A stretch of DNA of 64,000 nucleotides, taken from Eledone cirrhosa. Taxonomy: Eukaryota. This document shows, piece after piece, positions 56,769-64,000 of the stretch. The stretch covers positions 76,136,001 through 76,200,000 of the forward strand of contig OZ024743.1 of assembly GCA_964016885.1 (NCBI GenBank). Reading direction: 5' to 3'. Both the position numbers and the translations under genes were made by a program. Position 1 is the stretch's first letter; each line of letters opens with the position of its first letter. Below the pieces are notes generated by a model that was not told where the DNA came from, searched no databases, and saw nothing but the letters and a program-made list of their open reading frames with translations.

Positions 56769-57643
56769 TCTCTAGGGCGGGTAAAATTCCCGAGATCCAT
56801 GGACGAGTTCTGTCCAGCGGTCTCTGTCCCTCATTATCGCTGCCATGTCCTGCGTCTCCAACAGACCAGTGTCTGTCCCTAGGGCATCAACATACGTTAA
56901 CCTTGGTCTTCTTCTTCCAATGTGTCCATGTAGGGGCTCCCACAGGAGCACTGAGTGCAATGTCAACTCTGGATGTCGGTGAGCATGTCCAACTAACCTC
57001 AGTCTCCTCTGTGTCACTTTTGAGCTGACTTTTGGGAGGCTCCCATACAGCTCTAGTTTTTCATCCTCAGTGTATACTGATTAATGTTCAGAGTCATCCT
57101 CAGCATTCTCGTGTAGCACCCATCCACCATCTCAGTGAGTTTCTTGGTCAGTGTCCAAGTCTCAGACCCGTACATCAGCACAGACTCCACTACAGCAATG
57201 AAGAGGCGGATTTTCAGGTCTTCACGAAGGTCCGACTTCCACCCGACCCCAAGCTGTGGCACACAGCCCAGGCGTTGCTCTTCCTTTCAACCACATCATC
57301 TTCCGTATTCCCAATCTTTGCTCCCAAATACAGGAAGTCCTCAACCAATTCTAGCGGCTTCCCGCCTACATTAGTGATCCCCTCTGGCTTCTCAACATTC
57401 TCTACCAGATATTTTGTTTTATCATCGTAGTGGACTATTGTATACGCCTTGCACTGGAGAAACACCAGGACTCTGGCGTTACTGTAGCACCGGCTCAGAG
57501 CAGGAGAGTTAAGGCGAAAAAGGTATCAGATGCTGAATTTGCCGACGACATAGTTTTGGTGACAAATACAGTGAAGGAAGCAGATGATTTGATACAGGAG
57601 GTTGAGACTGTGTCGATGAGTGTGGGGCTGAGAATGAATGAGT
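56769..57643 (-). mobile_element. RTE-X-like LINE fragment with 5' inversion (56769-57420 minus, 57421-57643 plus)
   Basis: Plus segment IIVVDY...EFADDI...GLRMNES continues on the minus strand as KTKY...DFLYLG...MYGSETWTL; candidate TSD CCTACATATAT. Confidence 0.88.
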
Positions 57644-57987
57644 CCTACATATATATACACACATAAATACATACACCTACATATATACACATTAATACAT
57701 ACACCTTCATATATACACATTAATATATACACCTACATATATATACATATTAGTTCACTCACCTACATATACGTATTAGTTCACTCACGTATTTACAAAG
57801 CACTGGAACTGTCCCTATTCAAACAAAACCTTCTGTCGCTTTCTGACTGACCAGCTTCAATTCTATAAAGCTTCTACTTGTGTCTTCTACTCTGACCTTG
57901 GGTTCACTAAAGCCGTGTCAGTGGAATTTTGTAGACGGAAACTTTCTCACCTCGCTTTCGCTTACTCTCTTTCTGTGTGCCTGTCTT

Positions 57988-58061
<74 letters not shown>

Positions 58062-58175
58062 ATATTATATTATATTATTTATTTATGTTCATACAAGGTG
58101 CAAAGGCGCTCCTAAAGTTTCAAAACCCAATATTGACCATATCTTCAGATTGTAAGAGGGATCAAATTTGTGACC

Positions 58176-58495
<320 letters not shown>

Positions 58496-58556
58496 TAAAT
58501 ATATATATATATATACGATATTAAACAAATGGAAACTATATTTATAAAACCATATT

Positions 58557-58622
58557 TATTTCATTATACATATTTCGGGGATACCATATTAAAAATATGG
58601 CATGCCTTCGTCAGATAAAATA
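58557..58622 (-). ncRNA. Type I hammerhead (family D)
   Basis: TATTTTAT-CTGACGA-stem II-GAAA-TATGTA-TA-ATGAAATA. Confidence 0.82.
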
Positions 58623-58964
58623 CAATATATAAACAGTTTTATAAATAATTTTGACGTACCATAAATATGAGCGACCATTATGTAGGAAGTTGGTTTGGTA
58701 GTGAAGTGTTTATAAATATTTAGTGTTAAGCACAGTTATAAAGAAAGACGGAGAAAAAGAAGAAATGTATTTAAAGAAAAACAGAGAGAAATAGAGAGAG
58801 ATAGGGGAGAGAGAAATAGGGAGGAGGTGAAAAAAGAGAGGCAACCGAAGGCAACAGATGAATAATAATAATTCATCATACAAATTGAGAGGTTTAAGAG
58901 GGAGGGAGTACGGTAATTATTTAGTTATAGTGTTAAGGACAGTTATGGAGGAGACGGAAAGAAA

Positions 58965-59087
<123 letters not shown>

Positions 59088-59368
59088 CGGACGGAGCACA
59101 CTCACAGAGTTCACATTGATACAAATCTTAATTAAAAAGAATTGTTTTGAAGGTAATTTTCTCTAATATCAAATATTTGGTTTGAAACACTTGTATCCAA
59201 GTTGAGACATTTTCTCGCTACAAAACATACACAGTAGTGGTAATGGTAGCAGTAGTAGTAGTGGTGGTGTTGGGTTGTAGTAGCAGTAGTAGTAGTAGCA
59301 GTAGTAGTAGTAGCAGCAGCATTGGTAGTAGTAGTATTAGTGTGGGGGGGGCAGTAGTAGTAGTAGTA

Positions 59369-59490
59369 GCTTTGCCTTTCATCGTTGCTAAGTCGATAAA
59401 ATGAAGTACCAGTAATGCGCTGGAGTCAATTTAATCGACCCCCCCCCCCCTTGCCAAACTGCTGGCTTCTGCCTAAAGTAGAAACCATTA
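59369..59490 (+). mobile_element. SINE (major family) 3' part
   Basis: Core motif. Confidence 0.75.
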
Positions 59491-59790
59491 TTATTATTAT
59501 TATTATTACTTGATATCTCAGTCATTGATGTTATTTAACTGGAAACTTTGCCCTAATGACCATTAAGCCACTACCTTCAGCTTCAGATATTCAGGACATA
59601 TCGGGGGATCCTTGCTGTTCCCAGTAGGCATAGCTTAAGGAGGTTCCAGCCTTGGTAACCCATCGAGATATTACCTAGTACCCCTATGGGGACGTCATTG
59701 ATCTCATGACAGTTCCAAAACCTTTTCAGTTCCCATTTAAAAAATCCTGGTACCGGTAAATGTTCTCCTTCTTCTTTTCTTAGCTTCATA
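59490..59790 (-). mobile_element. Second R4/Dong-like family, 3' fragment ending in (TAA)n
   Basis: WELKRFWNC...VPIGVLG...CLLGTARIPRYVL*; Dong elements are known to target TAA repeats. Confidence 0.7.
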
Positions 59791-59884
59791 CAATATTTTA
59801 TAATAATTCCATGTATCCCAGTGACTATAGATTCAAATGAAACACGGGGTTATAGAATTAGAAAGTTTCTTATCACTGATCAAT

Positions 59885-60247
59885 ATATTCTCATGTCTCG
59901 AATAATCCCCACTCCCTTATCAATTTTCCTGATTTCCCTCACCCCATCGAGGCTTATTAAATTTAACTAATCTATCTCCGGGCGTAATTTTATTTTAAGT
60001 GGTAGCATTTCTGCGGTAATTAATATTTTTTAAACATTAAAAACATTATACATGACAATAAAAGTATAAATGCAAGAAATCCCATACATTATAAAATAAC
60101 TGAGTTGGGGTCTCAAATATGTAAACTAAATGACTAATTGTGGTTTTACAAAAAAATCAAGTGAGACAACCTAGAAAAATTGATTCCTTCACCACACCCC
60201 GCTTATTCCAACATCCCCTACACCCCTATAATTTGGAAACCGAGAGC
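59885..60247. mobile_element. Putative DNA-transposon MITE (related ends at 13960-14187 and 63871-64000)
   Basis: Shared internal sequence AAACATTATACATGACA...TTGGGGTCTCAA; TACTCTCGG-type termini. Confidence 0.45.
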
Positions 60248-60264
60248 ACATGTCATATAATTCA

Positions 60265-60668
60265 GTGTGGATTGGCAGTATCGGTAGAGGGCCGGACGCC
60301 ATGCTTTGCAGCAAAGAGTTACGCCCCTTTATGGTCTGAGTTCAAATCCCGCCGAGGTTAACTTTTCTATTCATCCTTATGGGGTCGATAAAATAAAGTA
60401 CCAGTAATACACTGGGATAATTGCTGGCCTTGTGCCAAAAGTAGAAACAATTATTACACTGTGGATTGGCAAAGGGCGGTGGATTGGCAGTATCGGTAGA
60501 GGGCCGAACGCCATGCTTTGCAGCATAGAGTTACGCCCCTTTACGGTCTGAGTTCAAATCCCGCCGAGGTTAACTTTGCCTTTCATCCTTACAGGGTCGA
60601 TAAAATAAAGTACCAGTAATATACTGGGATAATTACTGGCCTTGTGCCAAAAATAGAAACAATATTAT
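60265..60668 (+). mobile_element. Two tandem full-length SINEs (60265-60455, 60474-60668)
   Basis: Both match consensus. Confidence 0.9.
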
Positions 60669-60909
60669 TAAAGACTTCAAGACAACAAATATGTTCGTCC
60701 CTAGAAACAATGTCAGAGCCCATTGTTCTTGTGCTGTATTGTAATTAGGACATTCCACCATTATTGTGTATTTGTAAAGGTATTCAGATCACCTCAATAT
60801 TACTTTACCTCCATTTCCTCAGCTAACCTCTCTTACAGCCAATTACATTCTATACAGGATCTGTTATGACATCATGTCTCACAAGTGACTCTATGTAGCT
60901 ATGTACGTG

Positions 60910-61890
60910 GGTGTTTGAGTATGTGTGTTTGAGTGTGTGTGTGTTTGCGTGTGTTTGCGTGTGTTTGAGTATACGTGTGTGTTTGAGTGTGTGTCTTTGG
61001 GTGCGTGTGTGTTTGAGTGTCTGTATGAGATTGTCTCACAATTAAGCGACTGTATGTATGTAGCTATGTTTCTATATACGTGTATGCTTGAATGCGTGTG
61101 TGTTTGAGTGCGTGTGTGTGTTTGAGTGCGTGTGTGAGTATACGTGTGTGTTTGAGTGTGTGTTTGAGTATACGCGTGTGTTTGAGTGCATGTGTGTTTG
61201 AGTGCATGTGTGTTTGAGTGCGTGTGTGTGTTTGGATGCGTGTGTGAGTATACGTGTGTATTTTAGTGCATGTGTGTTTGAGTGCGTGTGTGTTTGAGTA
61301 TACGTGCGTGTTTGAGTGCGTGTGTGTTTGAGTATACGTGTGTGTTTGAGTGCATGTGTGTTTGAGTGCGTGTGTGTTTGAGTGCGTGTGTGTTTGAGTG
61401 CGTGTGTTTGAGTATACGTGTGTGTTTGAGTGCATGTGTGTTTGAGTATACGTGTGTGTTTGAGTGCGTGTGTGTTTGAGTGCGTGTTTGAGATTATGTC
61501 TCACAAGTAAGCGACTGTGTGTACGTGTATGCTTGTATGTATATGTGTGTATGTACGTGTGTATTTGAGTATACGTGTGTGTTTGTATGTATATGTGTGT
61601 TTGGGTACGTGTGTGTGTTTCTATGTACGTGTGTGTTTTAGTATACATGTGTGTTTGGGTGTGTGTCTGTTTGTATGTATGTGTCTGTTTGGTATACGTG
61701 TGTGTTTGGGTATGTGTGTGAATGAATAAGTGTATATGTATGTGTTTATGTGTATGTCGAAGTTCGCACATGTATATGTATATATGTATATGTATAAATG
61801 TATGTGTATATGTATATATGTATATGTATATATGTATATGTATATATGTATATGTATATATGTATATGTATGTGTATGTATGTATAATTA
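60910..61890. repeat. TG-rich degenerate repeat (GTGTGTTTGAGTGC-type) grading into (TATATG)n
   Basis: Directly visible. Confidence 0.9.
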
Positions 61891-62468
61891 ATTTGGTTTG
61901 CTTGGCTATGTATTTATGCGTGGGAGGAAGTAAGAGAGAGATAGAGGGGGAGAAAGGGAGAAAGAGTGAGTGATAAAGGGAGAGAGATAGAGAGATATAG
62001 AGAGAGAGAAAGGAAGAAAGAGAAAAGAGAAAGAGAGATATAGAGAGAGAGAGAATGGGAGAGAGAGAGAGAACGAGGGGGAGATAGATAGATAGATAGA
62101 GAGAGAGAGTGAGAGAGAGAGAAATAGAGAGAGAGAGAGACCATAGTAAAACGGAAGTTAATGAGAAAAAAGTGGTAATTGTAGAAATAGCCGAGTATGA
62201 AATAGACTGAGATGTCATTGATAAGAAGTCAATATTGTTTATAGACTGGATTGATACACATAGCTTTATAGCTTTATATACCGAGAGAAATACAAAGGAA
62301 TATATATATAGATTATACTCTGCTCGAGCATAGAGTGCTCAACTGGCATACCGCCCCACGGACGCATTTATCTTGCAACCTTACAACTATATATATATAT
62401 GTTTTTTTTTATCTATGTATGTAAGTATGTATGTATATATGTATGTATGTATGTACGTATGTACGTAC

Positions 62469-62548
<80 letters not shown>

Positions 62549-62633
62549 AGTAAGGCTCCTTGGATACGTCCATAGGCGGTATACCAATTGAGCATTCTAT
62601 GAACAGAAAGAGAATTTGCTTCGAAGTCACTAG

Positions 62634-62726
62634 ACGTATCTGAGGAACTTGCGAATCCAGAGTCAGGTTCGATCCACAAACAGATCGCACTTCGAGCTGT
62701 TCACCGGAGAAACAATTGTAATACGT
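62634..62726 (+). ncRNA. Type I hammerhead (family A, element 62545-62772)
   Basis: ACGTAT-CTGAGGA-long imperfect stem II-GAAA-CAATTG-TA-ATACGT, then AATAAA. Confidence 0.78.
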
Positions 62727-62767
62727 AATAAATTGTGTTCCGATGCATCACTGATTCTTCGTTTTCC

Positions 62768-62852
<85 letters not shown>

Positions 62853-63555
62853 ATATATATAAAGACGAAGTTTTCTGTATGTGTGAGTGGACAATTTTTA
62901 ATGAGGGCTCATATATTCTAAACCATTCATGCGATTTCTTTGAAATTTTTTACAGAGCTTCTCCTTGCACAAAACCTGTACATAATCTACAAAGGCTTTC
63001 ACAAATCGATATTGGAGCCTTTGGAGACATTAAAAAAGTTTCGGTTATTTGTGTGAATTTTCGTGATTAAGACAAGAGTTATCTTTAAGTAAGACAAGAG
63101 TTATCTTTCGTAATTCAGCTCTTTCGGATTTTAATTTACTCTTTGTACTTGAAACAAAAGGTACGCTTCCTTGAGACTAACAATATCATTTTGTATATTT
63201 CACAACCAGCAATTTCTAACAGATTACTAAGTTAAGTTATAGATTTGACATTCTATAATTTATCGTTTCAAGCTTGATGTTCATACATTAAGTGATGTCA
63301 TAACTTTTACAATATTATGCTTTGTACATAATAGTGTCTATTATTCACTTCACTTCTCTATTTCATGATGCGCTTTTACTGTTGTCAAAACAGACACCGA
63401 GCTCACATATTAATTATTTCGCTGGAATAGTGCCTAAGGTTTTCATGTTTACATAAAGTACGTTTTTCTTCTATGTATTCAATTTTACTTTGTTTAGTTT
63501 AATGAGCTACATCGAAAGCTACTTGAACCGTCCAAAGGACAGATAGTTTAGCTAG
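62853..63555 (+). mobile_element. Putative non-autonomous Helitron
   Basis: 5' ATATAAAG...AAACCATTCATGCGATTTCTTTGAAATT resembles invertebrate Helitron heads; 3' small hairpin GTCCaaaGGAC then AGCTAG|T. Confidence 0.4.
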
Positions 63556-64000
63556 TATATATATATATATATATATATAATGTGTGTGTGTGTGTAGTAT
63601 GTGTGTGTGTGTGTGTAGTATGTGTGTAGTATGTGTGTGTTTATATAGTATATGTATGTATATATAAGAAGTTAAGAAGTTCGTTTGGCAGTGGTTAAGT
63701 ACTGGGTTCAATCCCTCTACGCCACCTCGTGATCAAACGTCATTTATGATTGTCTTGTAAGTGAAGGTGGCTAGACAAAAATTCTTTGGGTGCCGGATGA
63801 TCTGTCGGTTTATTTTAAAACTGACCCTGCACTGGTTGTACTCGGTTACAATTTTTCCGATCATGAAACGTATTCTCGGGTGCCCAAATAATAAGGGGTG
63901 GAATAAGAGGGGGTGGGGTTGGAAAATCGATAATTTTTCTAGGTTGTCTCCGTTGATTTTTTTTTAAAAACCAGAATTAGTCGTTTAGTTTACATATTGA

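Overview
Repeat-dominated, AT-rich eukaryotic (animal) DNA with no host protein-coding gene I can support. The SINE/LINE repertoire and microsatellite density resemble octopod cephalopod genomes (inference). Coding remnants are all decayed transposons: a deleted mariner, an RTE-BovB-like LINE, a near full-length R4/Dong-like RLE retrotransposon, and CRE-, CR1- and RTE-X-like fragments. About 20 tRNA-derived SINE copies and several minisatellites are also present. The main hidden signal is at least 23 type I hammerhead ribozyme (HHR) motifs plus several decayed or half motifs, read by eye on both strands. They belong to roughly 14 unrelated short, non-coding, fold-back elements, most sitting in or beside (TA)n tracts. 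These look like Penelope pseudo-LTR derivatives or non-LTR retrozymes. One family occurs as circularly permuted ~370-455 nt tandem monomers with covarying stems, suggesting a self-cleaving, possibly circular, RNA intermediate. All coordinates were counted by eye and may be off by a few bases.
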